The notes beneath the pieces are model-generated. The model had not been told where the DNA came from. It was given only the letters and a program-made list of their open reading frames with translations, and made no database searches. A program made the translations under genes and the position numbers. Below are positions 22,273-31,998 of a DNA stretch of 64,000 nt, in pieces; within the stretch, counting starts at the first letter, position 1, and the number at the start of each line of letters is the position of its first letter. Location: IMG/VR virus record IMGVR_UViG_3300024239_000011, positions 124,001 to 188,000 of that record. One strand, 5' to 3'.

Positions 22273-23211
22273 ATGGCAACGGAGCCGACGATCAACAGCA
22301 CGTTGGTGCAGAAGATTTTCCAGCGCATGTTCAGTGAGCATGAAGGTGAACGTCTGGTTGCGGTCAATGTATTGGTTCGCACGCTGTCGAAAGCCAATGT
22401 GTCACCTACCGAAATCGTCCTGTATACGCATGGAGATGCCGCCCAGAAGGAGCTTGATGAGGCTCTAGAGGACTGTGAACACTACATGGAACAGATTGGG
22501 GAACTGCGGGATGAAATCGAAAAACTAAAACAAAACCAAACTGTTCAAAATTCTGATTTGAGTTTCCGGTGGTCGGAATTTGAATCTCTTGCCAACCACG
22601 TCACTACATTGGAACACGGGTGGCAAACCAAAATTTCTGAATTCCTTCAAGGTAATTACGACCGTACCGCCCCGCTTTCCCAGTGGAAAGCAAGGGATGC
22701 CGTTCCCGCATGGGCGTTTGTTGCCCTTCAGGGCGAAGTAGTGCGACTCCAGTCTGAGCTTTTAACCACTTTTAAAACTGAAAATGCACGTCTCGCCAGC
22801 GTGAACGCCGCCCTGAACACTGAAAATGACGTACTACTGAACCGTTGGAATGAAGCCGTTGATGACTATAACCGGGTTATCGGTGTAAATCCCGAAACCG
22901 TTCCGGTGATCGATCTTGAAATCGACCATATGTTGTCATCCAAGGAAACTTTGCATTCCGCCGAAAATTGGAATGAATTTGTTTCGCTATGTGCCCAAAT
23001 TGTTCCAATTGAACGTGGATGGCAAACACACATTCTCGAACTGCTGAATAAGACCCGCGAGAAACCTATATCAAAACCTGTCATTTCCAGTTGGAAGCAC
23101 GGGCGCATCCATCGCATACCGGCGTGGGTGTTTGCAGCATTGAACGATCACATCAACGGTGACACGTTTGTACCGTATACACATGCCACGGAGAATGTGG
23201 TTGGTACATAA
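22273..23211 (+). CDS. Hypothetical protein with coiled coils and a duplicated W..F...GWQT...W...PAW domain
   Basis: Internal repeat visible in the translation. Confidence 0.6.
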   Translation: MATEPTINSTLVQKIFQRMFSEHEGERLVAVNVLVRTLSKANVSPTEIVLYTHGDAAQKELDEALEDCEHYMEQIGELRDEIEKLKQNQTVQNSDLSFRWSEFESLANHVTTLEHGWQTKISEFLQGNYDRTAPLSQWKARDAVPAWAFVALQGEVVRLQSELLTTFKTENARLASVNAALNTENDVLLNRWNEAVDDYNRVIGVNPETVPVIDLEIDHMLSSKETLHSAENWNEFVSLCAQIVPIERGWQTHILELLNKTREKPISKPVISSWKHGRIHRIPAWVFAALNDHINGDTFVPYTHATENVVGT

Positions 23212-23225
23212 AACCGCTGCCAACA

Positions 23226-23252
23226 AAAAGGCGCCCCATTTGGGGCGCCTTT
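23226..23252. terminator. Bidirectional intrinsic terminator
   Basis: AGGCGCCCCA-TT-TGGGGCGCCT hairpin flanked by A/T runs between convergent genes. Confidence 0.75.
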
Positions 23253-23258
23253 AGTTTT

Positions 23259-23335
<77 letters not shown>

Positions 23336-23336
23336 T

Positions 23337-24083
23337 TTATGAATATTGGTATACGCGAATTTTCTTAGTGAGGTCAAGATTATTTATCATTTCATCGGCT
23401 AATTTTGTTGAAGATAGCCTGTAGTGTGTAGCGTCCTGTTTCACAAATGGATATCCACATGCATACGAGGCGATTTCAAATGCTTTTTGAACCTCAGTAT
23501 TTTTCTGCACAAAATGCACATATGTATACCAACCTCCGTTCTTGAAGGTTTTATAAACTCCCCCATCAGTTTCAATCAAACCTTTGAGGAACATTTTAAG
23601 GTATTCGTCGGCTGAATATATCCAATCAGGGACAACAAATCCGTTTGTATTTTTGTTCCCAACTGGAAGCGCAAGAGAATTTGGCAAATCTATCCCATAA
23701 ACATAGATTTCAACACAATTCGCATTTTTGTGTTTTCTTTGTTTCGCCGTTTTTCCTGTAATTCTAGTTAATAGCGCCGTATATTCTTCAATAAGATATG
23801 GGTGTGATTGATCACATGATATGAGCAGTTTACAGGATCGTCCAGTTCGCGTCAGACATCCATCACCAGCAAAGACACCCATGAAATACGCCAAATCATT
23901 TGATCTTTCCATTAAAAGAATTTGTTCTCGTTGTTTCGCTTGACGTTTTATTGTTGGACTTATACTTGGCAAATGACGAATGTGCCATCGCACAGTGGAA
24001 GGTGCTATTCCCAAGTCTTCTGCTATTTTTCGGATACTAAATCCATGCTCACGTAATGTAATACATTTCTTACCGATTTCCAT
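23337..24083 (-). CDS. LAGLIDADG homing endonuclease with N-terminal HTH
   Basis: YFMGVFAGDGC and FLKGLIETDGG motifs. Confidence 0.88.
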   Translation of the reverse strand: MEIGKKCITLREHGFSIRKIAEDLGIAPSTVRWHIRHLPSISPTIKRQAKQREQILLMERSNDLAYFMGVFAGDGCLTRTGRSCKLLISCDQSHPYLIEEYTALLTRITGKTAKQRKHKNANCVEIYVYGIDLPNSLALPVGNKNTNGFVVPDWIYSADEYLKMFLKGLIETDGGVYKTFKNGGWYTYVHFVQKNTEVQKAFEIASYACGYPFVKQDATHYRLSSTKLADEMINNLDLTKKIRVYQYS

Positions 24084-24516
24084 TGTAATACCTCTAGCAC
24101 ATTTTGGCAGAGGTATTTATGAAGTTGGAACGGACGACGGGCAACAAACCCGCTTTGGGTAATGAGGTCAAATAACTTTGTCGGTGAATTATTTATGAAA
24201 GCCTCGCCCTTTGACGTATCTTCACCATAAATACCCGGAATGAGATTCGCGAGGGGAATATGAACTACGACGATTTCACTAAAATGGGTACCGAGGTCGA
24301 AGCCGAAGTTGCCGCTGAATACCGTTTCGAGAATGGCACGCCGTTCAAGCCACAATTTGTGGACGATTGTTCGCCTGCCTTGCAAGGTTATTTGCGTAGT
24401 ATGGATGACCCTGAAGTATTCCGATGCGAAACAGACCGTCTTGCCGCCGGGCTGGCGGATTGGATCGATGAGTTGGTTGAGGCGGGACTGATGAAAGCTG
24501 GTTCGGTCGCCTAGAG

Positions 24517-24642
24517 AAAAACCCCCGGAAGCAATCCTTCCGGGGGTTTTTGCTACTCAGGGCAGGGAGCAACCGATGTCCCTTTTTGCTCGAAGTTTCA
24601 GCGCCCGTAGGGGGGGTTCCGGTCACCGGGTTGCTAACTTCG
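24517..24642 (-). ncRNA. Candidate small pseudoknotted RNA with its own promoter and terminator
   Basis: TTGACA-17-TATGGT at 24676-24648; terminator at about 24517-24551; crossing helices; no ORF. Confidence 0.5.
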
Positions 24643-24677
24643 GGCGCACCATAGGGGACCACGTAGGGGCTGTCAAG

Positions 24678-25157
24678 TCAGTCACATCCGCACGATGAAG
24701 ACCCACTATCGCACGAATAGCTGCTGCCGCTGTCGTAGGATGACGACGAACCGCAAGAGGACGACGAGAACGAGCTATCCCAGGACGACGTGATCGCTGA
24801 CACCGTAGAGGTGATCACGTCGTCATCGCTGGATGACCGCCGCCGAGTGTAATAATCATCACTGCTGTCGCTTGTACGCTGCGTAGTCGGGGCGGGCTTG
24901 GTCGGCGCCGAGGTGACCGGTTTCGACGGAGTATAAGGACGGTTCACTGTCGTCGCCGGGGCGACGGTTGGCGTAACCGAGACGGTCGGCGTTGGGTGGA
25001 CAGATGTGATGAGCGCATCTTTGGTTTCTTGCCACGCCGCTTTCGTTGCGGCGCGTTTCCGCCGTTTGGTTATGACGTAGGCAAGCGTACCGAAACCGGC
25101 GGCACCGACCGCAGAGGACACAAAGATAATTTCAAGCATGAGAGAACACCTGATCAT
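24678..25157 (-). CDS. Membrane-anchored protein with a Thr/Pro- and Ser/Asp-rich tail
   Basis: N-terminal TM segment, low-complexity C-terminus. Confidence 0.6.
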   Translation of the reverse strand: MIRCSLMLEIIFVSSAVGAAGFGTLAYVITKRRKRAATKAAWQETKDALITSVHPTPTVSVTPTVAPATTVNRPYTPSKPVTSAPTKPAPTTQRTSDSSDDYYTRRRSSSDDDVITSTVSAITSSWDSSFSSSSCGSSSSYDSGSSYSCDSGSSSCGCD

Positions 25158-25195
25158 GACACTACCTCAACAATCAGGTGTTCTCTGGTATCCAG

Positions 25196-25921
25196 TCAAT
25201 TTTCTGTTTGTCCGCAATAGGCTGCAATCAATTCGTCAACCAGAGCAGGCACGCCAGTAGTCGCAGTAGCATCGATCACTCGCGTGAAAACTTCATTCTC
25301 GGTCGGGATTGGATTTACCTCAATGATCTGGGCATTCCGTCTATTCATGCTTACCGCTTGCGCGAATAAACTGGCGGGCATGACTTGCCCGGATGTTCCA
25401 ATACTGATGAAAATGTCAGTATGATCTAGAGCAGGTTCGATCAGTCCCAGATGATATGGCAGTTCCCCAAACCATACAACGTCGGGACGCATCGAACCGG
25501 TCGTGCGGCATGATGGGCAAACCATGTCTACCGAAGCATCGCCGTGATGAACGAGTTTTTCCTTGCAATTGGCGCATTTGAGTTTGAGCAGTTCTCCGTG
25601 CATATGGGCAATGCTTTTAGAACCTGCCCGCTCGTGGAGGTCGTCAATGTTCTGGGTGATAATCACAAAGCCATTATTGCTAGGCCAAGCTTGCTCAAGC
25701 TTCGCTAAGGCGTAATGAGCCGCATTTGGTTCGACCGTTATTAGCTTGGCACGCCGTTCATTATAGAACCGATGTACCAATGCTGGATCGCGTTGAAATC
25801 CTTGTGGTGTGGCTACATCTTCAACTTTATGTTTTTCCCACAATCCCATACTGTCACGGAATGTAGGAATACCAGACTCGGCGCTAATACCAGCACCAGT
25901 CAAAATGACTATATTTGGCAT
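25196..25921 (-). CDS. cobB: NAD-dependent deacylase (Sir2/CobB)
   Basis: TGAGISAESGIPTFR, TQNIDDLHERAG, HMHG, RPDVVWFGE, IGTSG. Confidence 0.95.
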   Translation of the reverse strand: MPNIVILTGAGISAESGIPTFRDSMGLWEKHKVEDVATPQGFQRDPALVHRFYNERRAKLITVEPNAAHYALAKLEQAWPSNNGFVIITQNIDDLHERAGSKSIAHMHGELLKLKCANCKEKLVHHGDASVDMVCPSCRTTGSMRPDVVWFGELPYHLGLIEPALDHTDIFISIGTSGQVMPASLFAQAVSMNRRNAQIIEVNPIPTENEVFTRVIDATATTGVPALVDELIAAYCGQTEN

Positions 25922-26235
25922 GGGGTTTGTCCTAATTTTCAGTTATCATAATATTTACTGCACAGTAAACATTGATGCTATTTAAAATACCAATATGGCT
26001 GATTTAAAACGACACCATTCATCGGTAAATATTATATGTTCTATAGAGTGGTTAAATCATTCGATGATAAAGACCTGAATAAGGTTTTAATGATGGATAC
26101 CCTCCCAAATATTGGTGGGATCATTCGGTTGCGTGATGGGCGTAAATTTAAGTTGTTGGACATCGAATGCGTCGAAATCGATGAAGGGTTTGGTGTGAAA
26201 CGCTTCAAGATACGCGGCTGCCTTGAACGTCTATC

Positions 26236-26631
26236 CTAAACGAAGAACATGAAGTTCTCTTGAACGTGGATATTACGTTTTAAGAAGCTTTCGTTCATCG
26301 GGCATTCTTGGTCGAACGCCAGGACTAACGCTTCAGTCAGAGCGGGAACGTAATCACACCATGCAGGAATGGTTGTGAGGACATTCTTCGGAGCATTCGC
26401 CCAGATCACACACATCCGTTCCACAATGCTTGCCGCCAAAGCTTGCCGCACCGGGTCGGGGTATTGGGGATCGGGAATGTCGGAAGGGTTTAGTCCGTCC
26501 TCGTATAACGCCTGAATTTCGTCACGAAATTCGGTATCGCGGTCTGCGAGCAGATGTTCAACAATTGCATCGAGCCGTTTTGCGATATCCATGGGTTGCG
26601 CCTCACCGGGTTCCCCAAGCATATCACTCAA
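26236..26631 (-). CDS. Hypothetical protein, possible partner of the adjacent nucleotidyltransferase
   Basis: PAWC..VPAL...FLKRNI-like C-terminus; divergent from the NTase gene. Confidence 0.45.
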   Translation of the reverse strand: MSDMLGEPGEAQPMDIAKRLDAIVEHLLADRDTEFRDEIQALYEDGLNPSDIPDPQYPDPVRQALAASIVERMCVIWANAPKNVLTTIPAWCDYVPALTEALVLAFDQECPMNESFLKRNIHVQENFMFFV

Positions 26632-26685
26632 TCCTTCGAATTACAAGGCATTCAGGCTAAATATCCCAAACGATACGAGGGTATA

Positions 26686-27264
26686 ATGGCTGATAGTAAG
26701 ATCGAAAAACAACTGATCGTGAAAGCATTGAACCGGTTGGGTGATTTATTGGGTCAAAATAAGCGAAAATACACGCTAACATGTGCCGGGGGTATTGTTA
26801 GTTTGCTTTATTTCCAATCTCGCTCCAATACAGCGGATGTGGATGTGATGTTTCCCGAACCTTGGGAAGGCAGTTTGAAGCCATTAAAGCAATCCATTGA
26901 GCAGGTATCTAAGGAATTGAAACTACCAAAACGATGGATGAATGATAGTATTAAGTTTTTCGGTCTAGAAACTCGTGGTGATACTGTAATTTTCAAGCAC
27001 CCAAACCTCACATTAGTTGCTGCAAAGTGGGAAGAATTGCTTGCCCATAAAGTAAAAGCATATCGCGATGAGCGTGATTATCGTGATGCTCTCTTGATTA
27101 TGCGAGAGATCGGGGCTACTGATAAAGAAACACTATGGGATGATGTGGTAAAATATGCCCCGACTATACCACGTATTTCTAAAGAAGAATTGCGTCGCCG
27201 CTTTGACAAAATATGGATCGGGGCGGGAATGCTTGAAGAACGTTTGCAAGCACGGTACAAGTAA
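26686..27264 (+). CDS. Nucleotidyltransferase (DUF6036/AbiEii-like)
   Basis: AGG...SRSNTADVD, WMND, LLAHK..AYRDERD.RD. Confidence 0.75.
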   Translation: MADSKIEKQLIVKALNRLGDLLGQNKRKYTLTCAGGIVSLLYFQSRSNTADVDVMFPEPWEGSLKPLKQSIEQVSKELKLPKRWMNDSIKFFGLETRGDTVIFKHPNLTLVAAKWEELLAHKVKAYRDERDYRDALLIMREIGATDKETLWDDVVKYAPTIPRISKEELRRRFDKIWIGAGMLEERLQARYK

Positions 27265-27301
27265 AAAATTAGCCTCTGGTGGATTACCAGAGGCTAATTT
27301 T

Positions 27302-27673
27302 TTACTTCATGATGCCACGCGCAAGCTCTTTAACTTCATGGGTCGTCGGTTGGAAAACCTCAAAAATTCGCGGCAAACTATTTACCGGATCACAATTACC
27401 ACACATGAAAATGTCAATGGCGGCATACCCAATTTCCGGCCATGTATGAATTGAAATGTGACTCTCGGAAAGCGCAATTACGCCAGTAACGCCGTATTCT
27501 TCAGTGCGACCAAAGTGATGGAAGAAATCCCCCAACACGGTCGCCCCGGCATCCTTCGCCGCTTCAATGAGGGTATGCCGGATCAGATCGTCGTTGGTCA
27601 AGATTTCCGGGGAAACCCCGTTTAAATCGATTAGATAGTGCAGACCAGCGCAGCGAACTGAGCGAAATTTCAT
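27302..27673 (-). CDS. speD: S-adenosylmethionine decarboxylase proenzyme
   Basis: GVTGVIALSESHISIHTWPE and AAIDIFMCG. Confidence 0.93.
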   Translation of the reverse strand: MKFRSVRCAGLHYLIDLNGVSPEILTNDDLIRHTLIEAAKDAGATVLGDFFHHFGRTEEYGVTGVIALSESHISIHTWPEIGYAAIDIFMCGNCDPVNSLPRIFEVFQPTTHEVKELARGIMK

Positions 27674-27825
27674 GGTACTTCCCCCTTCTAATAGCGTGGT
27701 TGCCGCTATTTATGCCTATTAGAAGGGGATGTATATACCCAAAACGTAGTGTTAGGTCAAGGACGCAATATAATGACTGCATCGGATTGCATGCGTTATG
27801 ATATACTGAAACATTGGAGAGGCGC

Positions 27826-28347
27826 ATGGAATATTTCTTGGTTTATATGGCTGGGCTGGTAACGACCCCGATATTTGTGGGGCTGATTTTCGTGATAAAA
27901 GATATATATGACAAGAAACGTGAATATCGGCGCTCGGAGCGCGATAATTACGAGGAATTTCCGGCACTTACGGAACCGAATTTCGATGTGAACACTCTAT
28001 ATCCACTCGATGAGGATGATATGGAAGCCGCCTTTACTGCGCTTCCCCGTCCAATCCCATTTGATCCAAAAACATTTGAAGATTTGCGTTTCATTGATGA
28101 TGTGGGTATGCAGACGATGCTTCGTCATATCGATAAAGATACGGTTGCAATGGCGCTCAAAGGTGCCAGTAATGCCACCAAGCATAAGTTCTTCGAAAAT
28201 ATGTCTAAGCATGCCGGAAAGTATCTTCACTACGATATGCAAACTATGGGACCGTTACGCCTACGTGATGTTGATGACGCGCAGAAAACGATTTTTAAGA
28301 TATACAAAGAATTGTCTTCTGGCGGTCATATCCCCAAAATTGGATGA
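27826..28347 (+). CDS. Membrane-anchored FliG C-terminal domain protein
   Basis: N-terminal TM; FEDLRFIDD...ALKGAS...FFENMS...GPLRLRDVDDAQK. Confidence 0.8.
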   Translation: MEYFLVYMAGLVTTPIFVGLIFVIKDIYDKKREYRRSERDNYEEFPALTEPNFDVNTLYPLDEDDMEAAFTALPRPIPFDPKTFEDLRFIDDVGMQTMLRHIDKDTVAMALKGASNATKHKFFENMSKHAGKYLHYDMQTMGPLRLRDVDDAQKTIFKIYKELSSGGHIPKIG

Positions 28348-28405
28348 CATTTGACTTCCTTGAGTTGATCTGGTACTTTCTCCCCGAACTAGACGGAGAA
28401 AGACG

Positions 28406-28999
28406 ATGAACTTCCATCGGGAAGTTGAAACCACGATTACGTTGACCCAGCACCCGCGCTGGAAATATGGATCGCTGGTCTTGCATAATAAGAACCACGA
28501 GCCGGAATGGCATCTACAACTCATCGATTATGATGGCGCCACGGGCGCCACTGGTGTCTTCACAAGCGAACAAGAAGCGATGGATAACCTTGACGGGTTC
28601 CTTGATCTGGCGCTGCGTGCGTATGATGCGAAATACGCCAAGTACCCGCACAAGTACGGCTATCCGACTATCCAACTAAAGGATGGCAAGCTGGTCATGA
28701 CCCTGGAAAAGGATGAAAGGTACGATCACTATATCACTGTAGGTGACGTGGTGACGGTTCCCGGTTATACACGCCACTGGGTCGCCCTGTACGTCACCCA
28801 AACCATGATTGATAACGAGGAATGTGATGCCAGTCGGGAAGGTCTGCATCTGTGTGGCGGTATGTGGTACGGCAACGAACCATTCTCGATCAAAAGCTAC
28901 GGTAAGATGATCGAAGCCCCCGAAGATGAAAGCACTATGACTCTGATTGGGCATGCCGCTGGCTTCGATCACGAAACCCTCAGGAAAATGGTAGAATGA
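28406..28999 (+). CDS. Hypothetical protein
   Basis: 197-aa ORF with RBS. Confidence 0.6.
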   Translation: MNFHREVETTITLTQHPRWKYGSLVLHNKNHEPEWHLQLIDYDGATGATGVFTSEQEAMDNLDGFLDLALRAYDAKYAKYPHKYGYPTIQLKDGKLVMTLEKDERYDHYITVGDVVTVPGYTRHWVALYVTQTMIDNEECDASREGLHLCGGMWYGNEPFSIKSYGKMIEAPEDESTMTLIGHAAGFDHETLRKMVE

Positions 29000-29201
29000 T
29001 TAATAAACGCCGTCACCCTCGATTTCCCTGTGCCAAACCCGGCACGATGTTTCGGGATAGCGACTTGCAACTAACCACCGTGGTATACCATGGTCAGTAT
29101 GACAGTGTATGGCATTCATTGTGAATTCCTGTCGGAACTATCCGACACCACGATTGACTACCTCCTGAAATGAAAAAAGCCGGGCTTTCGCCCGGCTTTC
29201 T

Positions 29202-29732
29202 TTATTCCGCCAGCTTCAACATGCTGGTGATGTATCGGAACATCGGGTCAGTCTTGGTCCCGAGAACCCACCCGAAGGTGATTTGCTCTCGCATGCACAG
29301 AACTTTGTCGCCCTGTTTCACTTCCCATACCACCTGAACCTTGGTAGGGTCGAGGAAGCGTGCCGTCTCGATATCCACGAACCAGGGATAGGTGGGGTCA
29401 ACCACGATATCCGCAACGTAGCCCATGGCTTTGGCGGCGGTGATCACCATTTCGATTTGCTTGGTGGTGGCGTCTAAAGTGGTGCAGGTATTGAAACCTT
29501 TGGCCCCATTCGCTTTACCATCTTCGATGTACAGCTTCACGTCCGGGTGGTCGGTGTACAGCAGTATTTGGTTACCGCAGTGGACGCCGTGCGCACCTAC
29601 TTTACCGCCCTTCGACCCCTGACCATTCGGCTCACGCAGCGACGGTACATCAGTGGGGATCAGCCCATAGATGGTCAGGTCGCCCGGCTTGCGCGGTGCG
29701 TTAGGATCGATTTTACCAACCAGTTCAGTCAT
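29202..29732 (-). CDS. Peptidyl-tRNA hydrolase 2 (PTH2)-like protein
   Basis: TD.P...GK..AH..H, VVDPTYP, ITFGWVLG pattern. Confidence 0.55.
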   Translation of the reverse strand: MTELVGKIDPNAPRKPGDLTIYGLIPTDVPSLREPNGQGSKGGKVGAHGVHCGNQILLYTDHPDVKLYIEDGKANGAKGFNTCTTLDATTKQIEMVITAAKAMGYVADIVVDPTYPWFVDIETARFLDPTKVQVVWEVKQGDKVLCMREQITFGWVLGTKTDPMFRYITSMLKLAE

Positions 29733-29788
29733 AGTCACGTCCTCGACAAATTTGGTGAAATATACGACCAATCAAGGACGTTTGGCAA

Positions 29789-29862
29789 TGGTGGATGAAT
29801 CGAGTCTCGAACGCGCGTTACAAATGCCGTGATGACATCTGCACATTTCCTAACGTTCACCC
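29789..29862 (-). ncRNA. Degenerate tRNA-like RNA with TCA centred in the anticodon loop
   Basis: 7-bp acceptor plus ACCA, small D arm, extended anticodon stem, mismatched T stem. Confidence 0.55.
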
Positions 29863-29867
29863 GCTAT

Positions 29868-29944
29868 TGGTCGGAGTGGGCGGTTTCGAACCGCCGATCT
29901 CATGCGCCCCATGCATGCGCGTTAGACCACTACGCTACACCCCG
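29868..29944 (-). tRNA. tRNA-Pro(GGG)
   Basis: Cloverleaf, CCA. Confidence 0.93.
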
Positions 29945-29952
29945 TTGAAGAT

Positions 29953-30029
29953 TGGTAGGAACGGCGGGGGTCGAACCCGCAGCATCACTGGTTCTACGCC
30001 AATGTGGTCTACCGATTGCCTACGTTCCC
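29953..30029 (-). tRNA. Atypical short-arm tRNA with Leu(TAG) anticodon and G33
   Basis: Loop CGTAGAA, no variable arm, CCA. Confidence 0.75.
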
Positions 30030-30386
30030 ATATGTGTTAAACTAATCCGATGCGATTTCTACGACGACCCACCCACAACACGTTCACACGAATGCTTCAA
30101 TCGGCTACGTTCGGAACCGTGAAGGGGTTGACTCATCCAGATGGCGTGTTCCTATGGGATGCCTATTATGCCGACCATTCTACGGCGGACGGGCACCTAG
30201 GGATTGATTTGATAGCTGGATACGCCGACGAAACGGTGGCACCATTCATCATCACCCATGAATTCGATGGGGTAATTAGCATTGACGATCTATCGGTCAT
30301 CCCACGGCTTCCGTTTCTGTCGAAATATCAGATCATCACCGCAGAAGAAATTTGACGCCAGACCGACTCATAGGCACATTACGCAT

Positions 30387-30585
30387 ACCGCTCGTTTTGC
30401 CGGGTGGGGAAGGTACTTGCGATGTGGCTGTATTCCTAGGGTGAGAGCAAGCGTCTGACTAAGGGTAGTTCGGGAAGCGATTCAGTAATGGTCAATTGCC
30501 GCCACGTCGTCCCTAATTTGGGTTATCATTACCCGTAAATTACCCATCTTGCTCATGAAACCCCCGGCAATTGCCGGGGGTTTCA
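30387..30585 (+). ncRNA. Candidate pseudoknotted ncRNA of about 200 nt
   Basis: TTGACG-17-CACATT promoter, nested helices, 10-bp loop pseudoknot, terminator. Confidence 0.55.
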
Positions 30586-30590
30586 TTTGT

Positions 30591-30735
30591 ATTGACCAGT
30601 TAAGGTGCCGTGATTTGCGTTTTCACGCCTGATCCAATTCAGGTGGCTTTACCATTCGCCCACTTCCCGGTAAATGGTCGGGAAGGGAGGATTCGAACCT
30701 CCAATTTGCTGTAATCACAACGAGTTCTGGTCAAT
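30591..30735 (-). ncRNA. YrlA-like Y RNA (circularly permuted tRNA-like domain)
   Basis: TTGACCAG/CTGGTCAA terminal helix enclosing T arm, loop-closed acceptor stem, D arm and anticodon-like arm. Confidence 0.7.
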
Positions 30736-30777
30736 TCTGATAGATGACATTTATCATTTCGTATGGTACAATGCGTC

Positions 30778-31260
30778 ATGCTTGTTACGATCTTCGCGGA
30801 CGCATCTTTCTGTCCGAAAACTTTCGCTGCTGGTTGGGCAGCCTGGATAAAATCCGAACGCGGCACTTATCGGGGTGATGGCGCGATGAAAACCATTGTC
30901 CCGGACAACAACCTTGCTGAACTGTATGCCGTGATTAATGCAATCAAGCTGGCATTCGTTTCGGAAGTGGCAGTAGCCGGGGATACGCTGTTGGTGGAAG
31001 CAGATAATCATCGTGCCTTGGCGATCCTAGCAAACCGAGGAAAGAACCTCACTATCCTCGAAAAGAAAGCCGCTACACTACTCAACGGATTGCGCTCAAC
31101 GTATGACTTCACCATCAAACCTAGACACGTAAAGGCGCACTGCGGGACTGCGGTACCGCGCACGTGGGTCCATGATGATTGTGACAAACGCGCTAAGGCA
31201 CGAATGCAAGAAGCGCGTGAGAAATTGGTGCCCCCGACCGGATTCGAACCGGTACCTTGA
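30778..31260 (+). CDS. RNase H-like protein
   Basis: IFADAS, NNLAELYA, EADN, RHVKAH, CDKRAK. Confidence 0.85.
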   Translation: MLVTIFADASFCPKTFAAGWAAWIKSERGTYRGDGAMKTIVPDNNLAELYAVINAIKLAFVSEVAVAGDTLLVEADNHRALAILANRGKNLTILEKKAATLLNGLRSTYDFTIKPRHVKAHCGTAVPRTWVHDDCDKRAKARMQEAREKLVPPTGFEPVP

Positions 31261-31303
31261 CGGGATTTAAAGCCGTTGCCACTGCCAATTGCGCTACGGG
31301 GGC
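31226..31303 (-). tRNA. Atypical short-arm tRNA-Leu(TAA)
   Basis: Cloverleaf, loop TTTAAAT, C31-C39 mismatch, no long variable arm. Confidence 0.75.
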
Positions 31304-31756
31304 GAAAAACTAAATAGAGTCATGAACTACGACATCAACTCCGGTATTGGTAATTGGATGAAGAAGCGCGAGACGCACCTTCACAATCACTTTGGCGATC
31401 AATGGCGCAATACCCTTTGTCGCCGGGTCCACCAGAGCTTGAAGCAAGGCATCCGGACAAGAAACGCATTTCGGCAGCGTGTTCTTAAGGCGCTTTTGCA
31501 GCACCTTAAAGGAAGATGACAACAAGCATCCCATCCGCTATATTGGATGGATTGGAGTTTGTGTCATGCTTAAGAAACATCGCGAATACCTGAAGATTGC
31601 AGAACCGATACTCAAGGAAGCGCACATTCCAGTGATAACCTGTAATGGAGGTCGTCACGTTGCGCTGATGATAAATGGGCATCGGGTTCCCATGTCCGGG
31701 TCATCCCCGGATAAATTCGCCGCTGATCTTCGTAGGATCATCCAACGCGGCAGGAA

Positions 31757-31830
31757 TGAGGGGAAGTAGAGGCATCGAACCTCGCACCTTGCGGTGCCCC
31801 TGTGCCGCTCACCAATACGGTAGCCCTTCC
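31757..31830 (-). pseudogene. tRNA-Ser-like remnant lacking the anticodon arm and CCA
   Basis: 5' end resembles tRNA-Ser(GGA) at 33829; keeps the variable and T arms. Confidence 0.55.
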
Positions 31831-31836
31831 ATGAAA

Positions 31837-31913
31837 TGGTTCCGGGGAGAGGATTCGAACCTCAAACTTTCCTGATTCAAAGTCAGGCGGCCAGACCAAC
31901 CAGCTACCCCGGA
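31837..31913 (-). tRNA. tRNA-Gln(TTG)
   Basis: U1-A72, loop CTTTGAA, CCA. Confidence 0.9.
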
Positions 31914-31919
31914 TTAAAA

Positions 31920-31994
31920 TGGTCGGAGTGACAGGATTTGAACCTGCGACCTCATGCGCCCCATGCATGCGCGCTTCCACTGCGCTACACCCCG
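31920..31994 (-). tRNA. tRNA-Pro(GGG)
   Basis: Cloverleaf, CCA. Confidence 0.93.
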
Positions 31995-31998
31995 TTAA

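Noticed and set aside
24690-24880. Ser/Asp low-complexity tract as a DNA repeat element
   Set aside because: Explained by protein composition; the codons are varied
31226-31303. Ochre suppressor (TTA) reading of this tRNA
   Set aside because: The stem pairs properly only with TAA centred in the loop
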